A DNA stretch of 64,000 nt, from positions 512,001 through 576,000 of the forward strand of contig CBDCVR010000013.1 in the NCBI GenBank assembly GCA_965223155.1. The letters are read 5' to 3'. The notes under the pieces are model-generated. The model searched no databases and was not told the origin of the DNA. It saw only the letters and a program-made list of their open reading frames with translations. Position numbers and translations under genes: made by a program. The stretch comes from Candidatus Multivoradales bacterium. Its GTDB lineage: Bacteria > Acidobacteriota > Thermoanaerobaculia > Multivoradales > JAHEKO01. Shown one piece after another: positions 41,156 through 50,434 of this stretch (within the stretch, counting starts at the first letter, position 1; each line of letters starts with the position of its first letter).

Positions 41156-41836
41156 CTACTCCGTCCCCTCTTCGTCGTCCTCGGCGGTCTTGCCGATGAC
41201 CTCGGGCTCGTCGACCTCGGCCTCGAGCAAGGTCTCGGCCGACTCCAGCCCTTCCTCGAACTCGGCCACTTCCTCGGCCACGCGGCTGTGGGACACGGAA
41301 GCGATAACCCGGTCGGCCTCCACGAGAGGCTCGACACCTTCGGGCACGTCCAGGTCCTTGACCTCGAGGTGATCGCCGATCTCGAGCTCGGAAACGTCCA
41401 CCTCGATGTTCGCCGGAATCTTGGTCGGCAGGCACTCCACCTCAATCTCGCGCGTGATGAAGTCGAGCACGCCGCCGCTGTTCTTGACACCGGGCGACTC
41501 GCCCACGAGCACGAGCTGGACGGCAACGCGCACCGTCTCGGACAAGTCGATGCGCTGGAAGTCCACGTGCCGGATCTTCCGGGTGATGGGATCCACATCC
41601 AGATGCCGAACCATCGTGTGGCGGCTCTTGCCGGTGTCCCCCAGCTTCAGCAGGAACACGGCGTTCTCGCCGATCTTCAAGATTTCCTGGAGCGAGCCGC
41701 GCTCCATCTGGATCGCCACCGGATCCTTACCGCCGCCGTACACCACCGCGGGCAGCAAGCCCTCGCGGCGCAGACGCTTGCTGGCACCGGTGCCGGTGCT
41801 CTCTCGCGGATGCACTTCTAAGGTCAATTCGGCCAT
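41156..41836 (-). CDS. rplY: 50S ribosomal protein L25/Ctc
   Basis: RLRREGLLPAVVYG, HVDF and Ctc C-terminal domain. Confidence 0.96.
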   Translation of the reverse strand: MAELTLEVHPRESTGTGASKRLRREGLLPAVVYGGGKDPVAIQMERGSLQEILKIGENAVFLLKLGDTGKSRHTMVRHLDVDPITRKIRHVDFQRIDLSETVRVAVQLVLVGESPGVKNSGGVLDFITREIEVECLPTKIPANIEVDVSELEIGDHLEVKDLDVPEGVEPLVEADRVIASVSHSRVAEEVAEFEEGLESAETLLEAEVDEPEVIGKTAEDDEEGTE

Positions 41837-41855
41837 GGGAACTCCTCTCGGTGGC

Positions 41856-42797
41856 TCAGACGAACAGCGAGCTCACCGAACTGTTGGTATGAATGCGCAT
41901 GATTGCCTCCGCCAGCAGCTCGGACACCGAGAAGGGCCGCAGCTTCGGGCAGAGAGCCAGTTTTTCGTCCAGGGGGGTCGAGTCGGTGATCAGGATCTCC
42001 TCGACCGGCGCCGCCATCAGATTGTCGATGGCCGGCCCGGACAGGAGGGCGTGGACGCCGGCGGCGAAGATCCGGTCCGCGCCCTTCTCGGAGAGCGCCG
42101 CCACCGTCTTGCAAAGGGTGCCGGCGGTGTCGATGATGTCGTCCAGGATGACCACGGTCTGCCCTTCCACCTCGCCGATGACGTGCATGATCTCGGCCTC
42201 GTTGGCCGCCACTCGCCGCTTGTCGACGATGGCCAGGCCGGCATGGAGGCGCTTGGCGATCGCTCGCGCCCGCTCCACGCCGCCGGCATCGGGCGAGACG
42301 ATGGTGAGCTCCTCGACGTCCAGGGCTCGGATCGCCTCGAGCATCACCGGCGCCGCAAACAGATGGTCCACGGGCACGTCGAAGAAGCCTTGGATCTGGG
42401 CGGCGTGCAGGTCCAGGGTCAGGATTCGGTCGGCGCCGGCACGGGAGATGAGGTCGGCCACCAGCTTGGCGGTGATCGGAACCCGCGGCTTGTCCTTCTT
42501 GTCCTGGCGGGCGTACCCGTAGTAGGGCAGTACGGCCGTGATCCTGAAGGCCGACGCCCGCTTCAGGGCGTCGATCATGACCAGCAACTCCATCAGGTTG
42601 GCGTTCACCGGCTTGCAGGTCGGCTGGATCACGAAGATGTCGCAACCGCGAACGTTCTCCTGGATCTGGCAGAAGACCTCGCCGTCCGCGAAGTTGTAGA
42701 TCTCGGCCTGCCCAAGCGGCCGATCCAAGCCGTCGGCAATTCTCTCCGAGAGTTGCCGGTGGGCGCGGCCGCTGAAGACCTTCAAGTCACCGTACAT
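41856..42797 (-). CDS. prs: Ribose-phosphate pyrophosphokinase
   Basis: FADGE, PYYGYARQD, DLHAAQIQGFF, VSPDAGG and DDIIDTAGT. Start ATG 42797. Confidence 0.98.
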   Translation of the reverse strand: MYGDLKVFSGRAHRQLSERIADGLDRPLGQAEIYNFADGEVFCQIQENVRGCDIFVIQPTCKPVNANLMELLVMIDALKRASAFRITAVLPYYGYARQDKKDKPRVPITAKLVADLISRAGADRILTLDLHAAQIQGFFDVPVDHLFAAPVMLEAIRALDVEELTIVSPDAGGVERARAIAKRLHAGLAIVDKRRVAANEAEIMHVIGEVEGQTVVILDDIIDTAGTLCKTVAALSEKGADRIFAAGVHALLSGPAIDNLMAAPVEEILITDSTPLDEKLALCPKLRPFSVSELLAEAIMRIHTNSSVSSLFV

Positions 42798-42814
42798 CGA
42801 TTGGTTTCCGTTCA

Positions 42815-42891
42815 TGGCTGGGGCGGAAGGATTCGAACCTTCGAATGCCGGCTCCAAAGGCCGGTGCCTTAGACCGCTTGGCGACGCCCCA
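42815..42891 (-). tRNA. tRNA-Gln (TTG)
   Basis: Cloverleaf TGGGGCG...CCGGC-CTTTGGA-GCCGG...GAAGG-TTCGAAT-CCTTC-CGCCCCA-G-CCA. Confidence 0.98.
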
Positions 42892-42912
42892 TCAGGTTCT
42901 GGAACTCGGCTT

Positions 42913-43362
42913 TCAAGTCCCCCAGAATGAATCCTTCAGATAGGTTTCGCCGACCTCCTCGAGGGTCTTGCCACCCTCGACGGGCATCGGCGCGGACTCG
43001 TCCGCGGCGTCCTGGGCCGGGCGCGGCTCGGGCTCTGACCGAGATCCTCGCGCCGCCGTGGAGCCAAGCTCCGGCGCCATGGTCGCCGCCCGCTCGGTAT
43101 CGGAGAAGCCGGCTACGACGCTCTCGTAGCGCGCCAGGATCTGGCTCTCGATCGCGCTCCGGGTCTCATTGTTCAGAGGATGGGCGATGTCCTTGAACTT
43201 GCCACTCCGCTTGCGCCGGCTGGGCATACTGATGAACAACCCGTCCTTGCCCTGAATCACTTTGATGTCGTTGACCATGAAGCACTCGTCGAAAACGATC
43301 GAGACAAAAGCCTTGAGCTTGTCTTCCCCCAGCGGGAACACCTTGATGTCTGTAATCTGCAT
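42913..43362 (-). CDS. spoVG: SpoVG family protein with C-terminal extension
   Basis: MQITDIKV, LKAFVSIVFD, DIKVIQGKDGLFISMPS and FKDIAHPLN. Confidence 0.93.
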   Translation of the reverse strand: MQITDIKVFPLGEDKLKAFVSIVFDECFMVNDIKVIQGKDGLFISMPSRRKRSGKFKDIAHPLNNETRSAIESQILARYESVVAGFSDTERAATMAPELGSTAARGSRSEPEPRPAQDAADESAPMPVEGGKTLEEVGETYLKDSFWGT

Positions 43363-43527
43363 CGTTCTACTCGCGAACGACAGCCGACGCGGAGCGAACC
43401 GCCGGGCCACGCTCCCTTCCGGCCGGCTGCGTGCGCGCCTGCTCCCTCACCGGTGATTTTCCTGGTACCTCGAGAGATCGCGGATCCTCCCCGTCGCATC
43501 GACGAAACGGACTCGCCGCGAGCGCCA

Positions 43528-43556
43528 ATGCTAGGCGTCGTGGGCTGCCCTGTCAA
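43528..43556 (-). promoter_or_regulatory. Sigma-70 promoter for spoVG/tRNA-Gln/prs
   Basis: TTGACA-17 nt-TAGCAT. Confidence 0.8.
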
Positions 43557-43780
43557 CTTGAACGACGGTCCGAAACAGGCCGAGAGTAGCCATCCACCGA
43601 GAGCCCTGGCCCGCGAGGCTCGCCCACGCACGGACACCGAGCTGAAAGCCTCTCGATCGCCCCCGTTGCGCTTCAGCGGGCGCTTCGACCCGGCCCGAGC
43701 CCCGGCCGCTCGCCCTCGGTCGCAAGTTCCTTCTCTCCAGGCGGTTGCGAACTTCCCGACTCGAACCCTGCCGGGGGGGG

Positions 43781-44626
43781 CTAGCCGCCCGCGCCGCCGC
43801 TCGATCGCGCGCTCGAATCGAAGCCGGCGTCGGAGCCCACCGCCGATCCCCAATCCTCGCAGTCCAGCTCGCGGTACCCAGCCGGCACCCGCCCGCTTTC
43901 CGAATCGCTCTCCGCATCGGTTTCGCCACCTTCGAGGGATAGGCTCTCTTCAGCCACCCGGACCCAGCGAAACTGGCTGCCGCCGCGGTGCGACAGGACG
44001 CCCCCGTCACCCTCCAGCGGGCGCCACCACACCCAGGGCTCCCCCGCCTGCCACAGGGTCCAGGAGCGGAGCGCCCCGTCCTCGACCGAGCCGGTCCAGC
44101 GCCGGCCCTCGTCGTCCCGGTACTCGCCGGTCGCGTTGTCGACGGCTTCGAGATGGCCTGGTAGCCGGCCCAGGAGCACCGCCGCCAGCCCGCGTAGAGG
44201 CAGCGATTCGAGGGCCAGATCCGGCAAGCGAAGTCTGTCCCCCGACCGGCAGTAGCTCTTGTCCCGGTCGTCGATGAGGAGCGTCCCCTCCGGATCCACC
44301 AGAATGCGCCACAGGGCTCCCCCAAATCGGTCGCGAGCTTCTAGGGACTGAGACTCGGGCGCCGGCAGACGCAGAGCCAGCCGGATGGTGCCGCTGCCCT
44401 CCCGGCTCTCGATCCGAACTCGAAAAAGGTACTGCTTGGGGTAGGCGCCGGCCGGAACGCCGAGCACCTCCGGCGGCCCGGCCGCGGCGGGCGCTTCGGT
44501 GCCTTGGACGCGAACCGGGCCGGAAAGCGAGGCACAGCCGGCCAGCACCAAGAGTCCGATCAGGAGGGCCGGTGCGCGCGAAGCCGAAGCCTGCGGAGCG
44601 CCGGTGAGGCGCTGCCTAGCCGCCAC
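43781..44626 (-). CDS. Lipoprotein, LolB-like by position and pattern
   Basis: LLIGLLVLAG-C lipobox; LEARDRFGG.LW...; LPLRGLAAVLLGRLP; lies directly after the TPR gene. Confidence 0.6.
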   Translation of the reverse strand: MAARQRLTGAPQASASRAPALLIGLLVLAGCASLSGPVRVQGTEAPAAAGPPEVLGVPAGAYPKQYLFRVRIESREGSGTIRLALRLPAPESQSLEARDRFGGALWRILVDPEGTLLIDDRDKSYCRSGDRLRLPDLALESLPLRGLAAVLLGRLPGHLEAVDNATGEYRDDEGRRWTGSVEDGALRSWTLWQAGEPWVWWRPLEGDGGVLSHRGGSQFRWVRVAEESLSLEGGETDAESDSESGRVPAGYRELDCEDWGSAVGSDAGFDSSARSSGGAGG

Positions 44627-46589
44627 TTCCGAGCTGCTCGAGCTTGGCCCGGACGGCCTCGGCGTTGTCCGCGTCGAGCTCAAGCGCCTTCTCGTACGCC
44701 GAACGCGCGCGCCCGGGATCGCCGATGGCCCGATACACGTCCCCGAGGTGCTCGTGCACGACGGCATCGTCTCCGACCAGCCGGACGGCCTTGAGCAGGG
44801 CTTCGCGAGCCTCCTCCAGCCGGCCCAACTGAAAATAGGCCCAGCCCAGGGAATCCACGTAGGCGCCGTTGTTGGGTTCGAGCTCTACTGCCCGCTGGAC
44901 GAGGTCCATGGCTTCGTTCAGATTGCGGCCGCTCTCCGCGAACATATACCCGAGATAGTTAAGCGCTGGAGCGAACTCGGCATCCCTGGTCAGCAGTTCC
45001 CGGAACTCGCGCTCCGCGGCCTGGATCCGACCGGTGCGCTCGAGCGCCGCCGCGAGCCAGAACTGAATATCGACGGAATCCGGATCCCGCTTTCGCATGC
45101 CGCGCCAGACCGGAATCGCGTCCTCATAGAACTCCAGCCGCTGCAGAGTGCGCCCGGCCAGCATCTCTCGGCCCTTCAGCCCGGCCAGCGCCACCAGCTC
45201 GCGGCGAGCGTCCCCGGACCGCCCTATGCGCACTAGCGCCTCGGCACGGCCAGCCACCGCACGATCGGCGCTCTCGGCCAGCTCGGCGAGCTCGGCGAAG
45301 AGCGCCAGCGCCTCGTCTGCCCTGCCGGCACCGGCCAGAGCCTGAGCGCGCATCAGCCGCACGTCGGTGCGCCGACCGGGCTCGGAGTCCAGGACGGCGG
45401 CGCCCAGCACTACGTCGCTCGTCGCCACCGCTTCTTGCCAGCTCTCGACCCGTAGCAGAAGCTCCAGCGCCGCGATGCGAGCATCCCGCGCGGTGATCTC
45501 CAGCTCCGTGGCGGCCTCGTCGCTGGCCGGTTCGTCCGGCTCGGCCTCGGCAGCGGCCGCCACTGCCAGCAGCACGTCCCGCGCCTCGCGCCAGCGGCCT
45601 TGCCGCTCGAGGACCTGCGCCAGCGGGCGCCCCATGTCGAGCGAAGTCGGCGATTCGGCCGCCAGGGCTCGCAGCACGCGTTCGGCCTCTCCATGGTCAC
45701 CCACCGCCATAAGGCTCAGCCCCAGGAGATACCGGGCCGGAGTCTCTTCGGGACTGGCCGCGATCCAGCGCCGGGCGGCGGCCAAGCTCTTGTCCCAAGC
45801 GCCAACCCGGTACAGCTCGAAGGTCAACACTCTGAGGACTTCGACCGAGGCCAGAGCGCCGGAACCGCCGGCTTCCAACACCGCCACGGCATCGCCGTGC
45901 CGTCCGGCTCGAGACAGGAGATTGGCAAGCGCCAGCCGGGCCCGCAGCCGGTCCGAGTCGCGCAGGAGAATCCGGCGCAGAACCGATTCGGCCTGGCCTC
46001 GATCCGAACTTCGTTCCAGCGCCTCGACCAGCATGCTCGCGATCTGGCCGTCATCGGGTCGGATCTCGAAGGCCTCCTCGAGCAGTACCGCCGCCTCATC
46101 GAACCGGGTCATGGCCATCAGTACCCGCGCTGGAGACACGCGCGACTCGACGTCCTCGGGATCCAGTTGCCGCAGCCGGCGGAAGTACTGAAGCGCCCGC
46201 TCGATGGCCCCTTCCGACTTGTCCGAGCGGCGGAACTCGATCCGGGCGGACAGGCGCCAGGGCTCGGTGGCCCCGGGCAGAAGCCGCCGCGCGGCCGCCG
46301 CCTGCTCGGCCGCCCGATCCAGCTTGCCGGCCTGGTACAGGAATTCCGCGTACCCGAGCCGAAGGTAGGGCGCGTCCGGTTCCAGCTCGACCGCTGCAGC
46401 GAAGGTCTCGTCCGCGCGCTGGAAGTCGGAGCTGTGGCGGTACTGCTGGGCAAGGGCGTAGAGGTAGTACGGATCCTGACCGCTTCGCCGCTCGGACTCC
46501 GCCGCACCCGAGGGCACGGTCGCCAGGCCGAGCGCGACGGCCGCCAGCATCAGCGCGCTCCATCGAGCTGGCCTTGGGTTCCGCCTCAC
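44616..46589 (-). CDS. Exported TPR-repeat protein
   Basis: Signal peptide, many TPRs, and ALNYLGY...NGAYVDSLGWAYF...EHLGD C-terminal signature. Confidence 0.92.
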   Translation of the reverse strand: MRRNPRPARWSALMLAAVALGLATVPSGAAESERRSGQDPYYLYALAQQYRHSSDFQRADETFAAAVELEPDAPYLRLGYAEFLYQAGKLDRAAEQAAAARRLLPGATEPWRLSARIEFRRSDKSEGAIERALQYFRRLRQLDPEDVESRVSPARVLMAMTRFDEAAVLLEEAFEIRPDDGQIASMLVEALERSSDRGQAESVLRRILLRDSDRLRARLALANLLSRAGRHGDAVAVLEAGGSGALASVEVLRVLTFELYRVGAWDKSLAAARRWIAASPEETPARYLLGLSLMAVGDHGEAERVLRALAAESPTSLDMGRPLAQVLERQGRWREARDVLLAVAAAAEAEPDEPASDEAATELEITARDARIAALELLLRVESWQEAVATSDVVLGAAVLDSEPGRRTDVRLMRAQALAGAGRADEALALFAELAELAESADRAVAGRAEALVRIGRSGDARRELVALAGLKGREMLAGRTLQRLEFYEDAIPVWRGMRKRDPDSVDIQFWLAAALERTGRIQAAEREFRELLTRDAEFAPALNYLGYMFAESGRNLNEAMDLVQRAVELEPNNGAYVDSLGWAYFQLGRLEEAREALLKAVRLVGDDAVVHEHLGDVYRAIGDPGRARSAYEKALELDADNAEAVRAKLEQLGSGG

Positions 46590-46618
46590 GCGGCCACGAT
46601 ACCAACGGGGCCGTTTTC

Positions 46619-46648
46619 TTTACAACTCGAAACCAGCCTTCCTATAAT
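46619..46648 (+). promoter_or_regulatory. Sigma-70-like promoter
   Basis: TTTACA-18 nt-TATAAT upstream of the MshEN gene. Confidence 0.6.
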
Positions 46649-46707
46649 CCGGACTGAGCGTGGTAACCACTGACAAATACGGACTTTAGGGCTACCGAGC
46701 AACGACC

Positions 46708-47922
46708 ATGGCCAAGAGCGAGTTGGGAGTCGTGCTCTCGTCCCACGGCTGGATCACGGCCGACCAGCTTCGGGACGGGATCGAGCGCCAGCGGCACTTC
46801 GGTGGCCGCATCGGAACGTGCCTGCTCGAAACCCGTGCCTTGACCGAGGCCCAACTGCTGCAAGCTCTGTCCGAGCAACTGGACCTGCCTACCGCCAGCC
46901 GCACGGATCTGGCCCGGGCTCCGAGCGAAGTCGTCGAGCTCCTGCCTGCCGGCGTCGCCATCCGCTGCGCCGCGGTTCCCTTCCAGAAGAGCGGGTCCCA
47001 GATCGACGTGGCGCTCCTGGACGCCGGCGACCTGGCGCTCGAGGACGAGCTGTCGTTTTCGCTAGGCAGCCGGATCCGCGCTCACGTCGCCTCGGAGGCC
47101 GCGATCGTCGAAGCCCTCCACCGCCACTACGGCGCGCCGGTTCCGCTCCGCTTCCGCGCCCTGCTGGATCTGCTGGGCGGCAACGGCGCCCGAGCCCGAG
47201 CCGAGGGCGATGAAGGCGCCAGCGCCGCTCACACCCCCATCCCGGCGTCCCTTCGAGCGGACGCTCCGGAGCGTACGGAGCGCACCCTGACCAAGGCGCC
47301 GCCCAAGTTCGAGCGCCGCACCATCCCGCTGACCGATGCCGAGCGTGAGGCGCTCGAAGCCAGCCGGCTCTCGATCCAAGCCCCCGGGGGCGAGCTAGCA
47401 CCGCCCGAGCCGGCGACGAGCGGCACGGCACTGGAGGCGGAGTTCGCGGAGCGCCTGAGCCGGGCCGAGACAGCGTCTCAGATCGGCGCCTTCCTCACCC
47501 GCACTCTGGTGCGGCACTTCGAACGCGTTCTTCTCTACCGCGTCTCCTCGTCCCGGGACGAGGTCTCGGGCTGGATTGGCGAGGGTCCGGGCATCGACTT
47601 CGAATGGCTGCGGCACTATTCGGTCGGCCTGCACCAAGCTACCGTCTTCCGGCATCTGGCCGAGGGGGCGAGGCTCTACGCCGGGCGGCTGGACCGAACG
47701 CCGGCACACGAGGCCCTGGCCCGCTGCTGGGGCGGCCAGCTCGACCACGAGTGCCTGCTGCTGCCAATTCGGGTGCGGCAGCGCCTTGCCTGCGTGCTCC
47801 TGGCCGACAAGGGCAAGCGGGGTCTGAGCGGGGTCGATCTGGACCTGCTGCAACGGCTCGCCACCAAGACCTCGCTGGCCTTCGAGCGCTGCATCTTGCG
47901 CCGCAAGATGCAGATCTCTTGA
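46708..47922 (+). CDS. MshEN/T2SSE-N domain protein with C-terminal GAF-like region, no ATPase
   Basis: LGVVL...GWIT..QL...IERQ...RIGTCLL...LT..QL..ALSEQ tandem motif, then P..VAIRCAAVP; C-terminal LLLPIRVRQRLACVLLAD. Confidence 0.75.
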   Translation: MAKSELGVVLSSHGWITADQLRDGIERQRHFGGRIGTCLLETRALTEAQLLQALSEQLDLPTASRTDLARAPSEVVELLPAGVAIRCAAVPFQKSGSQIDVALLDAGDLALEDELSFSLGSRIRAHVASEAAIVEALHRHYGAPVPLRFRALLDLLGGNGARARAEGDEGASAAHTPIPASLRADAPERTERTLTKAPPKFERRTIPLTDAEREALEASRLSIQAPGGELAPPEPATSGTALEAEFAERLSRAETASQIGAFLTRTLVRHFERVLLYRVSSSRDEVSGWIGEGPGIDFEWLRHYSVGLHQATVFRHLAEGARLYAGRLDRTPAHEALARCWGGQLDHECLLLPIRVRQRLACVLLADKGKRGLSGVDLDLLQRLATKTSLAFERCILRRKMQIS

Positions 47923-47948
47923 CCGCGGCGACCGCTCTGGCCCGTTCG

Positions 47949-47978
47949 TTGACTCGTTTCTGAAGCCGCTGCTACACT
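47949..47978 (+). promoter_or_regulatory. Sigma-70-like promoter for the HU/IHF gene
   Basis: TTGACT-18 nt-TACACT with a TG extended -10. Confidence 0.65.
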
Positions 47979-47991
47979 CCACGCCCCGCCC

Positions 47992-48258
47992 ATGATCAAG
48001 GTCGATCTCGTCAACAGAGTCGCTGAAGTTTCCGACGTTTCTCGGGTAAAAGCCGCGCTGGCGGTCGACACGATCTTGACGGCAATGAAGGAGGCTCTCC
48101 GGGACGGCAAGCGCATCGAGCTGCGCGGCTTTGGAGTCTTTCAGGTGCGGGATCGCAAGCGGGGCGTGGGCCGCAATCCCAAGACCGGAGTCGAGGTCGC
48201 GATCGAGCCCGGCAAGACGGTCCGCTTTAAGCCCGGCAAGGGTTTGCGCGATATCTAG
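47992..48258 (+). CDS. HU/IHF family DNA-binding protein
   Basis: MIKVDLV, RIELRGFGVF, GRNPKTG and FKPGK. Confidence 0.96.
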   Translation: MIKVDLVNRVAEVSDVSRVKAALAVDTILTAMKEALRDGKRIELRGFGVFQVRDRKRGVGRNPKTGVEVAIEPGKTVRFKPGKGLRDI

Positions 48259-49270
48259 CGAGCCTCGTCCCGGCGCCTCGCCCGGCCCGGCCCGAGCGCC
48301 GTACGGGCAGGAAGCCCCGGCCTCGCTGCCCACGGCCGGAGGCGGCCGACCGAGCGCTGGACAGCTGGCGCTCGCCGTCACCCTGTTCGCCGTCAGCCTG
48401 TTCTCGACGACGACCCTGGGCGCCGTCTGGACTCTCTTTACCCACACCGAGAAGATGACCGCCCTGCCGCCCTGGCTGGGTGCCGACGCGATCCGCGCGG
48501 TGTGGACGGATCCCGAGCTCCTGCGCCTGGGGCTCTCCTTTTCGATACCCCTGCTCTTGATTCTGCTGTGCCACGAGCTCGGCCACTACCTGCCTTGCCG
48601 GCGCTACGGCCTCCGCTCGACGCCGCCGTACTTCTTGCCCGCGCCGCTGGCGCTCGGCACGCTCGGAGCCTTCATCCGGATCCGGAGCCCGATTCCGGAT
48701 CGGCGCCGCCTGCTGGTGATCGGCGCGGGCGGCCCGATCGCCGGCTTCGCCGCGCTCCTGCCCTTTCTGCTCCTGGGCGTTCTTTGGTCCGAGCCCGGCG
48801 GCTACGTCCCCGTTGCCGAGGAGACGGCGACCGCGACGCTCTTCCGGCCCGGCTCCTCGCTGCTCTTCGCCGCGGTCAGCCTCGCCGTCCACGGTCCCCT
48901 ACCCGAGGCGACCACGCTCAACCTCCATCCCTTCGCGCTCGCAGCCTGGTTCGGTCTCCTGGCCACCGCCCTCAACCTGCTGCCGGTGGCTCAACTCGAC
49001 GGCGGACACATCCTGTACGCTCTCGTTGGCCGGCGGCAGCACGCACTTCGCTGGCCGATCTGGGGAGCGCTCGCCGCTTGCGGCCTACTCTGGCCCGGGT
49101 GGTTCCTGTGGTGCGGTCTGACTCTGGCGCTCGGCCTCAAGCATCCGCCGGTACGGGATGAGACCGCGCCCCTCGGCCCCGAATCCCGGCGGTTGGCCTG
49201 GCTCGCCCTCGCCATTTTGATCTTGAGCTTCATGCCCATCCCGATCGAAGCCCTGCCCGTCGCCCACTAG
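48131..49270 (+). CDS. Site-2 protease (M50 family); true start probably at or after ~48250
   Basis: HELGH, GTLGAFI, GGPIAGF and NLLPVAQLDGGH. Confidence 0.88.
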   Translation: MESFRCGIASGAWAAIPRPESRSRSSPARRSALSPARVCAISSEPRPGASPGPARAPYGQEAPASLPTAGGGRPSAGQLALAVTLFAVSLFSTTTLGAVWTLFTHTEKMTALPPWLGADAIRAVWTDPELLRLGLSFSIPLLLILLCHELGHYLPCRRYGLRSTPPYFLPAPLALGTLGAFIRIRSPIPDRRRLLVIGAGGPIAGFAALLPFLLLGVLWSEPGGYVPVAEETATATLFRPGSSLLFAAVSLAVHGPLPEATTLNLHPFALAAWFGLLATALNLLPVAQLDGGHILYALVGRRQHALRWPIWGALAACGLLWPGWFLWCGLTLALGLKHPPVRDETAPLGPESRRLAWLALAILILSFMPIPIEALPVAH

Positions 49271-49332
49271 GCGCTTGCCGCGAGAGGCTCCCCGCCAGCG
49301 GTCCGCAGCCGATTTCCTGGCGCCCTACGCCG

Positions 49333-49773
49333 CTACCCGAGGTCCAGAACGAACGTGACCGGACCGTCGTTGACCAGATCGACCTGCATGTTCGCCCCGA
49401 AGCGGCCCTCGGCCACGTCGAGGCCCCGTGCCCGCAAGCCGGCAGTCAGCTCGGCCACCAGGGTCCGCGCCGTCTCCGGCGGCGCCGCCCGCTCGAACGA
49501 CGGGCGCCGGCCGCGGTCCAGACGCGCCGCCAGGGTGAATTGCGAGACCACCAGACAGGCGCCGCCGGCCGCGGCGACGTCCAGATTCATCTTGCCGGCG
49601 CCGTCCGGAAAGCATCGCAAGCCGGCGATCTTGTCCGCCGCCTTGCGCGCGGCGGCGGCATCGTCGCCGGCCTCGATCGCGACCAGCGCCAGGAGACCGG
49701 CACCGATCGAGGAAACCGTCTCGTCTTCGATTCGAACCGCCGCGCGGCGGACTCTCTGCAAGACTATGCGCAC
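49333..49773 (-). CDS. dtd: D-aminoacyl-tRNA deacylase
   Basis: LQRV, GKMN, SQFTL and NDGPVT. Confidence 0.97.
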   Translation of the reverse strand: MRIVLQRVRRAAVRIEDETVSSIGAGLLALVAIEAGDDAAAARKAADKIAGLRCFPDGAGKMNLDVAAAGGACLVVSQFTLAARLDRGRRPSFERAAPPETARTLVAELTAGLRARGLDVAEGRFGANMQVDLVNDGPVTFVLDLG

Positions 49774-49960
49774 CGTATCGCGTCTCTTCTGGTAGGCGCC
49801 GGACCCGGCTTCGGCGGCGCCGGCGGCGGCCTCGGACGGGTGTTTCCGATCCGAGGCGCCGAATCCCGGCTCCGCTCGGGCCAGCGCCGACCCTGTGATA
49901 CCTTACCCGCTCTTCACCACCACGATCCAACGCTTTCTAAGCCCGTTTCAGGAGATCTCG

Positions 49961-50392
49961 ATGCTCAACAAAGTCATGCTCATCGGCAATCTCGGCCGCG
50001 ACCCCGAGGTGCGCAATACCCCGTCGGGCCAGGCGGTCGCCACCTTCAGCCTGGCCACGAACCGGCGCTGGCGCGACCGGGACGGCAACCGGCAGGAGCA
50101 AACCGAGTGGCACAACATCGTCTGCTGGGGCCGGCAAGCCGAGATCGCCGGCCAGTACCTCGCCAAAGGCCGGCAGATCTTCGTCGAGGGCCGGCTCCAG
50201 ACACGCTCCTGGGAAGACAAGCAGTCCGGTGAGAAGAAGTACCGAACCGAGATCGTCTGCGACAACTTCCAGATGCTCGGTAGCCGTAGCGACACCGGCG
50301 GCGGCTACGGCGGCGGCACCAGCGACTCGGGGCCGAGCTACGGCTCGGCGGGCGGCGACGCTGGTCCCGAGGACGACGACATCCCGTTCTAG
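49961..50392 (+). CDS. ssb: Single-stranded DNA-binding protein
   Basis: [18 protein letters not shown] and C-terminal DDIPF; AGGAG SD. Confidence 0.98.
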   Translation: MLNKVMLIGNLGRDPEVRNTPSGQAVATFSLATNRRWRDRDGNRQEQTEWHNIVCWGRQAEIAGQYLAKGRQIFVEGRLQTRSWEDKQSGEKKYRTEIVCDNFQMLGSRSDTGGGYGGGTSDSGPSYGSAGGDAGPEDDDIPF

Positions 50393-50434
50393 TTTCGCCC
50401 TTCCTCCGGCTCTCGCCGGCGCCAACGTCGGCCG

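Noticed and set aside
42798-42857. N-terminal extension of prs in the ORF track
   Set aside because: It overlaps tRNA-Gln; the conserved Prs sequence begins at MYGDLKVF.
43773-43780. G8 homopolymer as a phase-variation tract
   Set aside because: It is short, lies just past a stop codon and is not in a promoter spacer or CDS.
43257-43853. ORFs between the lipoprotein and spoVG as an ispE remnant
   Set aside because: No GHMP motifs (PxxxGLGGGS, SGSGS) in the frames inspected, and the region contains the spoVG promoter.
48131-48460. HU-M50 fusion or readthrough
   Set aside because: The frames differ and HU has a normal C-terminus. The M50 start is simply unresolved (no ATG/GTG before the first TM; CTG or ATA possible).
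49775-49890. GC-rich inverted repeats between dtd and ssb as an ncRNA or mobile element
   Set aside because: Single copy with no recognisable motif; such pairing is common at this GC content.
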